Positions 9,324-17,153 of a stretch of DNA of 22,760 nt are shown here, one piece after another; position 1 is the first letter of the stretch, and every line of letters starts with the position of its first letter. The position numbers were made by a program, and so were the translations under genes. Source of the stretch: Candidatus Thorarchaeota archaeon (GTDB taxonomy: Archaea; Asgardarchaeota; Thorarchaeia; Thorarchaeales; Thorarchaeaceae); assembly GCA_038893995.1 (NCBI GenBank), contig JAWAQK010000041.1:1-22760 (forward strand), written 5' to 3'. The notes under the pieces were generated by a model. It did no database searches, had not been told where the DNA came from, and worked only from the letters and a program-made list of their open reading frames with translations.

Positions 9324-9429
9324 TCTACTGACTTTCTATTACTCAGTGTTGGGCGTGCTCACGGACGAGACCTGTTTCGGCGGTATGGAAACTGAATTCC
9401 AACGAGGGAAACGACACCTTGGTGCAACG

Positions 9430-9473
9430 CCTGTCGATTTACTTAAAGACTTTCTCTTTAAGTAGTCAACAGG
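9430..9473. repeat. 44-bp imperfect inverted repeat containing TTTAAGTA on both strands
   Basis: CCTGTCGATT-TACTTAAAGA-ctttc-TCTTTAAGTA-GTCAACAGG; perfect 10-bp inner arms. Confidence 0.7.
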
Positions 9474-9742
9474 AGACGCTCGTCTTGTGCCAAGACAACG
9501 AGACCTCCTCTACGCGTATCCAGGTGTCAGCGACGATCACTGAGAGGATCTCCCAACGATTTGAGCCGGTACACCAGTATCTCATGGGGGTCCTGAGTCA
9601 CAAGATCGTCAGATTCGTCGTGGTCGTCCAGATTTCCTCAAGCCCTTCATGAGGTGGCAGCACAGCCGGCGGTTCTATGAGAGTCGACAAGAAATGGGCG
9701 ACCATGAGCCCTGTCTTGTCGAGAATCACCGTGAACTTAGCG

Positions 9743-9774
9743 GTTTGAATCAGACTAGAAGTAGGGGTGGGTAC
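9743..9774 (+). repeat. Solitary degenerate CRISPR-repeat-like sequence
   Basis: GTTTGAATCAGACTAGAAGTAGGGGTGGGTAC resembles recalled 30-nt euryarchaeal repeats (GTTGAAATCAGAC...GGGATTGAAAG class). Single copy; the cognate array is not in the window. Confidence 0.3.
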
Positions 9775-9793
9775 AGATGTAGTCTTGATGCAG

Positions 9794-11419
9794 CTACCTG
9801 ATACAGTCCAACCACAGTCCTATCTGTTCGTCGGGACAGTTCCACTCATGTCTGTCTTCGTCCCAGAGTTCAAAGGGAATTATCCAACGGTCTTGCATCA
9901 CATCTCCGATGAGTCCTCCGGATACACCTGGATGGAGGCCCTCGATGGTCCTCATCAGTCCGTAACCTCCGCCGCATGGAAGGCCACACATCATGATCAT
10001 TGAGTCATCAATGTCGAACGCAACGATGGACCTCGGCAGTCTGATCGCCCACGCCGCAAGAGACTCGCCGGCGGACGGTTCATGGGAGAGGACGAATGCA
10101 TTTTCCACCAGTCCGACGTTATGCAGTTCCACTATTGTGCCTAACACTCCAAGTTTCCTCAGTCGCTTCAGTTTCGAGGCCACCTTCTCCTGACCGACTC
10201 TGAGTTCAGACCTGATGGTGCTGACCGACTGTCTACCGCTATGGACCATCCTGGCGATGACCATGTCGAGACCGTCGAGATCACGGACAAGCTCCTCCTT
10301 CTGGACATAGAACTTGGGCATGGCAGATGCAAGGCCGTCCCTGTGTATCCTCTCAAGTTCGGTCTTGACAATGCTCCAGGGAATGTTCCAGACCCCACGA
10401 TCAGGATCGTAATACTCGAGGCTGAAGTTGGCTCCGGAAGACATGACCTCCGAGTGTTCAACTGAGATTCCCCTCTTTCTTATCTCTCTCTCGAAGGTGT
10501 TGAGTGCACGTATGCTATCGTGATTGTCAGGTATGGACAGTGTGACGAGCAGTCTCCATCGTCCAGTGATGATGTTCCTCATGGAGTAGACGAAGGGACA
10601 GTGGTCGAACAGGCGAGTGAGGTTCTCGTTGGGATCCTCGCTGTCCATCAGTAGATTGAACATCCTTATTCCGATCTTGCTGAAGCGGACCGTCGTCCAC
10701 TGTCGGAGTACGTTTTTCTTCCTCAGATAGGAGATCCTCTCTGACACCCACTGGTATGTGAAGCCTGTACGCCTCGCGAGTTGTTTCTTTGGTATCATTG
10801 GTTCGTTCAGCAGGACCCTCAGCATCCTCACATCCGCAGCCGTGAGCGTGGTCACAAAGAGACGATACCTTCTCTCACAGTATCGTACATAGTCCTCAAA
10901 GTCGAGTGATAGTCCATGTCGCGACATGTGTTCGATCTCGTTCACGATCTCCCACAGACCTCTTCCATCTGTCAGGTCGTGGAGCGTGGTGAAGAAGCGC
11001 GCCGGACTGTAGCGGGTCACACGGTCAACGTACTTGTCCCTGACACACTCCCGCCAGAATGCAGCAATCCGTTCCTGGTCCTTCGTATCAAGTAAGGAAT
11101 ATGCCAGCGCCATGCCCAGGTCATCCACAGCCTCGCGGCAGACCTTGTCGGACATGACAGACCCGACGCACTCTCTACATACCACTGTGAAGATCCGACA
11201 TGGGTTTCCAACGATGTCTGCATCAAGAATGAGTGTGGAGCCGTCCAATCTTCCTCCAAGACCGAGGTCATTGCCACCCTCCACAAGCTTGACCTGAACG
11301 GGAGACGACGCGGGAGCCCGTCGGCTATTTTCCCTTAGCACGGCAGATACGGCCGCCCAGTACTCACGTACCAGAACAGTGACGTCAGTGTTCGTGTCAG
11401 CGTCAGTCACTTGGACCAT
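9794..11419 (-). CDS. 541-aa protein: uncharacterised N-terminal domain plus two Lrp/AsnC-like (wHTH + RAM-like) units
   Basis: HTH1 LTAADVRMLRVL...KKQLARRTGFTYQWVSERISYLRKKNVL...FSKIGI; HTH2 LDGLDMVIARMV...VSTIRSELRVGQEKVASKLKRLRKLGVL...NVGL. Start set at ATG 11419 after GAGGAGG, overlapping the csa3 stop. Confidence 0.8.
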   Translation of the reverse strand: MVQVTDADTNTDVTVLVREYWAAVSAVLRENSRRAPASSPVQVKLVEGGNDLGLGGRLDGSTLILDADIVGNPCRIFTVVCRECVGSVMSDKVCREAVDDLGMALAYSLLDTKDQERIAAFWRECVRDKYVDRVTRYSPARFFTTLHDLTDGRGLWEIVNEIEHMSRHGLSLDFEDYVRYCERRYRLFVTTLTAADVRMLRVLLNEPMIPKKQLARRTGFTYQWVSERISYLRKKNVLRQWTTVRFSKIGIRMFNLLMDSEDPNENLTRLFDHCPFVYSMRNIITGRWRLLVTLSIPDNHDSIRALNTFEREIRKRGISVEHSEVMSSGANFSLEYYDPDRGVWNIPWSIVKTELERIHRDGLASAMPKFYVQKEELVRDLDGLDMVIARMVHSGRQSVSTIRSELRVGQEKVASKLKRLRKLGVLGTIVELHNVGLVENAFVLSHEPSAGESLAAWAIRLPRSIVAFDIDDSMIMMCGLPCGGGYGLMRTIEGLHPGVSGGLIGDVMQDRWIIPFELWDEDRHEWNCPDEQIGLWLDCIR

Positions 11420-12066
11420 GCTCTCATCCTCCTCGCCTTCTTCAGCTGCAACACGGTCTCTCCCAGCTGGGTGATCTCTATGGAGTGTCTTCCCCTCTCC
11501 CGGCTGACCCTGACATAGCCCTCCCTCTCCAGTTGCTTGATGTGTTTGGATATAGAGGATGTACCCAGATCTACCAGCCTGCACAGGTCCCTCTGCTTCT
11601 TCACACTGCCCCCCGATCTAGTCAGCGTCTCCAGGATCTTGGCCTTGACAGGGGTCAGAGTGCGAGGAGAGAGAGGCTTCACCTCTACCAGATTCTTCAC
11701 GATCTGCCCCTCCTCCTCCGTGATGAAACAGACAGGTGCACCGATCAGGATTGAGGCCATGTGACAGGCGGCTCTCATGGCCGTCGTGCCACATGATATG
11801 TTAAATATGACATCGTATCCCGGGTGGTCGATCACGACCTTCAGCACGCTGCTGAGTATGGCCTCGTAGTCCCAGGGTTCGACAAGGATCTGTTCAATTG
11901 GGAACCCCAGTCTGGAGTGACGTCCAGATATCTCAGCTACATCTTCCAGGTTGTTCTGGGTACAGACCAGGACGAGCTTGTTTGCGCCCTTCTCCACAAG
12001 CACACGATCTACTCTCTGGTTCGCATGAAGTCCCAGTGTGGCGATCTGCAGTACCTTGTTTGGCAT
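11407..12066 (-). CDS. csa3: CARF + winged-HTH transcriptional regulator (Csa3/DUF6293-like)
   Basis: N-terminal Rossmann-like QIATLG..., VIFNISCGTTAM (CARF-type N-x-S-G-G-like motif); C-terminal wHTH LTPVKAKIL...QRDLCRLVDLGTSSISKHIKQLEREGYV...ITQLG; adjacent to the cas operon. Start ATG 12066. Confidence 0.75.
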   Translation of the reverse strand: MPNKVLQIATLGLHANQRVDRVLVEKGANKLVLVCTQNNLEDVAEISGRHSRLGFPIEQILVEPWDYEAILSSVLKVVIDHPGYDVIFNISCGTTAMRAACHMASILIGAPVCFITEEEGQIVKNLVEVKPLSPRTLTPVKAKILETLTRSGGSVKKQRDLCRLVDLGTSSISKHIKQLEREGYVRVSRERGRHSIEITQLGETVLQLKKARRMRAWSK

Positions 12067-12104
12067 CTGAACGCGTCCAGGGTTGTAACATCCCTCTTTC
12101 AAAT

Positions 12105-12124
12105 GTTTCCATCCTGATTTCAAC
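12105..12124 (-). repeat. Internally deleted CRISPR-repeat-like 20-mer
   Basis: GTTGAAATCAGGATGGAAAC: repeat-like 5' end (GTTGAAATCAG) joined directly to a canonical 3' handle (ATGGAAAC). Confidence 0.4.
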
Positions 12125-12189
12125 TAGTCATCAAGAGTCCAACACGACTCCTGGATGACAAGTTGGGGGGTTCTGTGTTACACGTGTTC

Positions 12190-12213
12190 GCGTCACCGTA
12201 GTCCCGGTGACGC
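12190..12213 (-). terminator. Perfect 9-bp GC-rich hairpin at the end of the cas effector operon
   Basis: GCGTCACCG-tagtcc-CGGTGACGC (+ strand), 8 nt beyond the stop at 12222; role inferred from position. Confidence 0.55.
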
Positions 12214-12221
12214 ACTGATGG

Positions 12222-12521
12222 TCACACTCCATCCTCCTGAAGACCCAGAATGGCCATGGTAGTCTTGGCCCAATTCTGGAACTGGCCTCTAAGGTCGTCT
12301 AGTTCAGTCATGAGGGAGCGCATCTCCTCCGGTGTTGGGCCCCCACCCCTGCGTCGGAGCAAGAGATGCACTCCCCGTCTTTTTTTCACTATTTCTGTAG
12401 TCTGGCAGTCCAGATCAAGTATTGCTGCGAGTCGCGAGGCTGCCGTTCCTGATTCAGATGCCGACAACAGGTCGATACATTTTCGATCGGTCACTTCAAC
12501 AACCCCTCCTGTCAGTGACAT
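12222..12521 (-). CDS. Hypothetical ~99-aa protein, last gene of the cas operon
   Basis: Start overlaps the csa1 stop; same strand; amphipathic C-terminal helix; followed by a hairpin. No family recognised. Confidence 0.55.
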   Translation of the reverse strand: MSLTGGVVEVTDRKCIDLLSASESGTAASRLAAILDLDCQTTEIVKKRRGVHLLLRRRGGGPTPEEMRSLMTELDDLRGQFQNWAKTTMAILGLQEDGV

Positions 12522-13462
12522 TCGCTCCAGTATGGACAGTCCTCGTAGCAGACTCGCGGCAGGCCTGGATCCCTCTGGTCGTAGATCAGCTTCATGGCCT
12601 GGTCTCTGAGCTCCAAGAACTCCTGTCGAAGTGTTTCATCTATCTGATGTACATCATACTCGATCTGAGGAGGAATCGGTTTCTTGAACCAGCAGTAGAC
12701 TACGCATCCCACGTCGACAGGGTACTCATGTATGCTCTCGATCACCATAGCATAGCCCGTCGTCGACAGCCTGTGAAAGTATCTCTTTTCCCCTGTCTTG
12801 ATATCTAGTACGACACCCTCGATACCGTACGCATCAGCGCTGAGGTGGCCGCTCAGGCCCAGGTTTCTCCCATCCAGTCTCTGCTCTACCACTATTGGTA
12901 GGACCGTGTTCACTAGTGCGTCAAGCCCAATATGGGGCTGCATCGTGAGTACCTGGTCTGTCTTTGCTACTAGCAAGTTGACCTCGTAGTCCCAGAGCCA
13001 TGACATGTTGGTCCTCACTTTTGCAGGGTCCCACACACCTCCTCTGTCGGTGACCTCTGGAGGCCTGACGGTCGATAGCAGGTCGTCGATGATCTCGTCT
13101 CTAATCTCAGCCATCCTTGTGCCGAGTTCCTGGGCCGAGACCCGTCCCATGCCATACAGCTCCCTCTTTCCATGGTAGACCACAGACGCGACTGTGGCGT
13201 GATAGAGTCCTCCCTCGATCATCTTCGCATTGGTCGGCCTTCTCTTCCCCTCGACGTACCTGAGGTACAGGTCTCTCATCGATTCACAGTATCGACTGAC
13301 AAGTTCGCTGAGGGAGAGCTGGTAATCGTAGGGCGGGTCTATCGGCGGAACCTCCCATGACCAGCCCCTGAACCTCTCGTCGACGACTATCTCTCGAGAA
13401 CGACGACGATGTCTCCTCAACAGGCGACGCTTTATCTCATCCGGTAGGATGTACAGTTTCAC
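12512..13462 (-). CDS. csa1: CRISPR-associated Cas4-family nuclease Csa1 (Cas4a, type I-A-like)
   Basis: FRGWSWEVPPIDPP, LSLSELVSRYC...RDLYLRYV, EQRLDGRNLGLS..LSADA, DIKTG, HRL..TGYA...ES....PVDVG, C-terminal C-x3-C-x5-C. Start GTG 13462 after a G-rich SD. Confidence 0.9.
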   Translation of the reverse strand: MKLYILPDEIKRRLLRRHRRRSREIVVDERFRGWSWEVPPIDPPYDYQLSLSELVSRYCESMRDLYLRYVEGKRRPTNAKMIEGGLYHATVASVVYHGKRELYGMGRVSAQELGTRMAEIRDEIIDDLLSTVRPPEVTDRGGVWDPAKVRTNMSWLWDYEVNLLVAKTDQVLTMQPHIGLDALVNTVLPIVVEQRLDGRNLGLSGHLSADAYGIEGVVLDIKTGEKRYFHRLSTTGYAMVIESIHEYPVDVGCVVYCWFKKPIPPQIEYDVHQIDETLRQEFLELRDQAMKLIYDQRDPGLPRVCYEDCPYWSECH

Positions 13463-14285
13463 GCTCCCCCCTTGTGAAACCCGTTTCAAGTCTGACCTCG
13501 ACCTGACCAAATCCTGCAGTCCTGTTCTTGCCCACATTGCTCAGCTCTGCGAACTTGGCGAGCCCTGCGGTCATCATGCCAAGAGGAGACGTTGCATTTC
13601 TGAGCGTATACACAACCCGACCCAAGAATCCGACAATGCTTCTCTCACGACCCAGATCCACCTCTGCCGTCCGGAGGTTGTAGGCCGATACATGGACATT
13701 CTTTTCGACCCAGTCCCTGTAGTCCGACACATGTTCGATGGCAGTCTTCCCCTCAATCTGGTTCCAGACTCTCAGCAACGATGTGAACACGCGCTCGGGT
13801 GACGGGAGAAGACAGGCATAGTCCGAGCCATAGGCCGACAGCTGAGTCGGGGTGATAAACGACATCACTATCCTGACAGTGTCGTCAAAGGTGTTCCTGA
13901 ACTCCTCTATCCATGAGTCCATCATCATTGCAGTCTCATAGGAACTGAAGTCGATTCTCCTGAGATGAAACACTTCATGGTGGACTCTGAGTGACCTGCC
14001 CGCCCTGAGCGCAAACTGCCGTATCGCATCACGATAGCGGTCCGAGTCCAACAGATTCACCCTGAAATAGTAGATCTGCCCCTGGAGAAAGGTCGTTGTG
14101 AAGTCCCTGCCGCAGGGGAAAGGCTGTAGGGCATACGTACGTATCCCTCTCTCGTCGTGGACGCGACCGCTGAGTTGTTCGTCACACTCCCTGAGCAGAC
14201 TCAGGAACGCAGCCCTGAGAGGTGGTCCGGTGAACCCAAACTGGCCCGTGAATGAGCTCTCCACCTCGAACCGCAACTCAATCAT
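13437..14285 (-). CDS. cas6: CRISPR precrRNA endoribonuclease Cas6
   Basis: FITPT, LPSPE.VF.SL...W, GF.G, C-terminal Gly-loop NVGKNRTAGFG; ATG 14285 overlaps the cas3 stop, with a GGAGG SD. Confidence 0.93.
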   Translation of the reverse strand: MIELRFEVESSFTGQFGFTGPPLRAAFLSLLRECDEQLSGRVHDERGIRTYALQPFPCGRDFTTTFLQGQIYYFRVNLLDSDRYRDAIRQFALRAGRSLRVHHEVFHLRRIDFSSYETAMMMDSWIEEFRNTFDDTVRIVMSFITPTQLSAYGSDYACLLPSPERVFTSLLRVWNQIEGKTAIEHVSDYRDWVEKNVHVSAYNLRTAEVDLGRERSIVGFLGRVVYTLRNATSPLGMMTAGLAKFAELSNVGKNRTAGFGQVEVRLETGFTRGERETVHPTG

Positions 14286-16365
14286 GTCTAGTGTCCTCCA
14301 TACGCTGTTTCTCGCAGAGATAGTGGGCAACAATTGCCCAATCACCAATTACGAGTGCTCCACCCCCGTCCTCACAGTAGAGCCTTGGAATTCGAAAGTC
14401 TGTTCCTCTCCGCAACGAGTTCCACAGGAAGACCAGGTTTCTGCCCTCTAGGAGATCGTTGATGACATCTGTCATCAGCCGATCGTGGCACTTGATTGTC
14501 GTTTCACTCCTGTTGAACAGACTGACGTTATGCCGTGCCCGGGCGTCAGCAGCAGCGCTAACCCTGGGCAATGGTGACCTCCGGAAGTCGCGGACCACGA
14601 AGACCGGATCGTCTACAGAATACTTCATCTGGAGTTGCCTCGGGATGGTCTGCCAGTGCCTCTCAGCCCGTTCTAGCTTGCCCTCCATCTTGAATACGTC
14701 AAAGATATCTGCCTCAGCTACAACTTCCCCCTGAGGTGCACCGACCAACCATCCGGGATACATGACTAGGACGTTGTTTATAGATCCTCGGAGAAGACCG
14801 TTCGTGGCCAGTGCACTGACGGTCCTCTTGTTGAGTTCGCTCCTGACCAGCACGTCATCAAGTCCGCCTATCACGTCGATGAGTTGCTTCTGCCCCATGC
14901 TGATCTTTCCGTTTGCCTTGACTAGCCTCTTGAAGTACTCACATGCCTCAGCCACGTTGTATTCTGTCCGCTTATGGTAGATGTCGTGTTCCCTTGACGC
15001 GGCAAGCGCCATTGCCAAGAGTATAGTCCTGACGTGGCGGCTGCAGACAAAGTCTGCGTATGATGGCATGTCTCGAAATGCCTCCTTTGCCTGGTCAATG
15101 AAGTCCGGATACGACCACTCTTCCGACCTCCCTAGTCGCAGCGTCATGGTGTCGGGGACGTAGAGCACACAATCACACGGCCCATGCCGGCCACCCCTTC
15201 CGAAACGCTGGAGGAATGATGCCAGATCATGGGCCTCCATCACGAGCCGTGGTACGTCAAAGTCCACGCCGACCTCTATTGACGAGGTCCCAATCAGGAT
15301 AGCGTTAGAGAGCCTCTCGATGCTTGGCCTGGCCGATCTGGGAATCAGACCATGATTCTGCACGACGATACTATCTGCATCCAGCCCCCTATCACTCAGG
15401 ATATCCTTGACTCTCCGAGCGACCGAGATTGCAAACATGACCGAGGAGAATATCGCCAGTACCTTTACGTGATAGTCTTTCCCTGGTGGTCCTGGAGTCT
15501 CATACAGGCGAAGGATATCGCCGGCAACCTCATCCAGTCGATCGTCCTCGACCAGTACGGTCGACTGCGTCCTCAGTTCCACTCTGCATTCATGTCGTAT
15601 CTGCCTCAGACTAGGTCCGTCCTCTGGCAGCGGAGTGGCCCTGATGATGTCCGCCTCAGGGTAAGTGTTCTTGAGCAGGTCAATCACATCACCGTGCGTT
15701 GCACTCAGGAACACAAGGTCCACCTGTGGCGAGGGCGAGCTGTAGAAATCGTTGAGCATGAACATGAGTCTGGCCAGGGTAGGACCGGCGTAGAGATGAA
15801 ACTCATCCACGACGATCGTCTGGAACTTGAAGAGCTGATCGCTTATCAGGCCAGACCTGGCATACATTCCGGCATTCACCATATACAGGGTGTCCGGATT
15901 GGTGAGCAGGATCCTCAGTCTGCCCCTCTTGTCCGTTGCAGTGAGGATCCTCTCCAATGCCGTCCCCTTGGCGTGGTCACCGGCAATTCTCTCCAGGCTG
16001 TCTCCGGTCGCAAGTATCAGATCGACTGCCCTGTCGTCAGAGCGTATCACGCTCCCAGGATCCCAGGACTCGCTGATACAGTTGGGCGCATACCCTATCA
16101 TTTCAAGGAGTCTGGCTATGCTGTTGAACTGATCCTCCACGAGCGCATTGGTCGGGTAGATGAATACGGCAGGCCTCTGATGCTCGACGACGCGAGCAAG
16201 AGCGGCAAGCGTCTTGCCTGAGCCTGTCGGTGCGTCAAGCACCACCACTCTGCTCTTAGACTCGATCGTCTTCAGCTGATGCTCGCTCAGTTCTACTTCT
16301 CCTCTCTTGACCCCGGTCTGTGGTATGTATGCGCCTCCAACTCTCACCGGCCTGCCCTCTGCCAA
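14278..16365 (-). CDS. cas3: Type I-D Cas3' helicase (no HD domain)
   Basis: APTGSGKT, YPTNALVEDQ, TNPD, DEFH, SAT, GTSSIEVGVDF, QRFGRGGR SF2 motifs; the HD nuclease is on Cas10d. Confidence 0.95.
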   Translation of the reverse strand: MAEGRPVRVGGAYIPQTGVKRGEVELSEHQLKTIESKSRVVVLDAPTGSGKTLAALARVVEHQRPAVFIYPTNALVEDQFNSIARLLEMIGYAPNCISESWDPGSVIRSDDRAVDLILATGDSLERIAGDHAKGTALERILTATDKRGRLRILLTNPDTLYMVNAGMYARSGLISDQLFKFQTIVVDEFHLYAGPTLARLMFMLNDFYSSPSPQVDLVFLSATHGDVIDLLKNTYPEADIIRATPLPEDGPSLRQIRHECRVELRTQSTVLVEDDRLDEVAGDILRLYETPGPPGKDYHVKVLAIFSSVMFAISVARRVKDILSDRGLDADSIVVQNHGLIPRSARPSIERLSNAILIGTSSIEVGVDFDVPRLVMEAHDLASFLQRFGRGGRHGPCDCVLYVPDTMTLRLGRSEEWSYPDFIDQAKEAFRDMPSYADFVCSRHVRTILLAMALAASREHDIYHKRTEYNVAEACEYFKRLVKANGKISMGQKQLIDVIGGLDDVLVRSELNKRTVSALATNGLLRGSINNVLVMYPGWLVGAPQGEVVAEADIFDVFKMEGKLERAERHWQTIPRQLQMKYSVDDPVFVVRDFRRSPLPRVSAAADARARHNVSLFNRSETTIKCHDRLMTDVINDLLEGRNLVFLWNSLRRGTDFRIPRLYCEDGGGALVIGDWAIVAHYLCEKQRMEDTRHD

Positions 16366-17145
16366 TCACCCCGCCTCCGTATCCCACACGGCACGATACA
16401 CGTCTGCCTTAGGCAAGGGGATCTTGTGCGCGAGGCCCTGTGTGTCCCTGCACTCCAGATACGGCCCATCGAGCTCTGCAGCAACGAGCACGGGCGCAGG
16501 AGGTATTGTGAGGAGACTGCCAGACCGAATGGAGGTATTCTCAGGAAGGTCCACCACATTCACAGGGCAGGTCGGATGAAAGACGCCCTCTCTCCTTGTG
16601 GCCTCCAGAGGATATGCACTCAGCCGGGCAGGGATAAACTTCTTCCCCACCCGAATGATGCTTGGTATGGGACCCCCAATTGCATAGAAGTAGAGCATTG
16701 TCAGTGGTGGATATCGATAGTATGCCCCCAGTTTTGGCAGATTGATGTTGTCCTGCGTCATCTTGTCGAGCAGAGTCTCACCGATGCTGTTCCAGGTGAT
16801 ACGCAGGGGCAGACCCCCACTCCAGGGAACAGCCACCGTACCACAGAGCGGTGCCTGCCTGTTGACCCAGCTCTTTCCCCCTCCTACTAGGTAGTCTGGA
16901 AAGTCGTTGATCATTGCCGCGGGAGTGGCGTAGACCGACATTCTGCCCAGGTCATCACAGTAGTGTGGCTTGACTTCTGATACGATCCTTCGCACCTCAG
17001 GAACATGTCGGTTCAGTGCATACATGAGGGCGTAGTTGCCGACTATCTCGGATGGACGCGCAACAGCGCCGTAGTCCTGGCTGGCGTAGTATAGGTAGTC
17101 GTGGCAAGTCATCAGGACGAGGTTGACGACCGGGTCCTTTGACAT
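16366..17145 (-). CDS. cas5: Type I-D Cas5 (Csc1)
   Basis: HDYLYYAS, VGNYALMYAL, VYATPA, PSIIRVGKK, PVNVVDLP motifs. Start 17145 after GAGGTGA (17154/17157 possible). Confidence 0.9.
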   Translation of the reverse strand: MSKDPVVNLVLMTCHDYLYYASQDYGAVARPSEIVGNYALMYALNRHVPEVRRIVSEVKPHYCDDLGRMSVYATPAAMINDFPDYLVGGGKSWVNRQAPLCGTVAVPWSGGLPLRITWNSIGETLLDKMTQDNINLPKLGAYYRYPPLTMLYFYAIGGPIPSIIRVGKKFIPARLSAYPLEATRREGVFHPTCPVNVVDLPENTSIRSGSLLTIPPAPVLVAAELDGPYLECRDTQGLAHKIPLPKADVYRAVWDTEAG

Positions 17146-17153
17146 CGGTGTCA

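Noticed and set aside
9625-9642. GAGGAAATCTGGAC on the minus strand as RNase P RNA conserved region
   Set aside because: Deviates from the GAGGAAAGUCC-type consensus, and I found no matching 3' conserved element.
9419-9652. 77-aa plus-strand ORF
   Set aside because: No SD or recognisable motif, and it crosses the palindrome; probably spurious.
11420-11584. N-terminal 55 aa of the 596-aa ORF call
   Set aside because: Overlaps csa3 in another frame; a strong SD supports ATG 11419.
12121-12150. CreT-like mini-ORF (ATG ACT AGT TGA on the minus strand)
   Set aside because: No well-spaced SD and no tandem rare codons; insufficient support.
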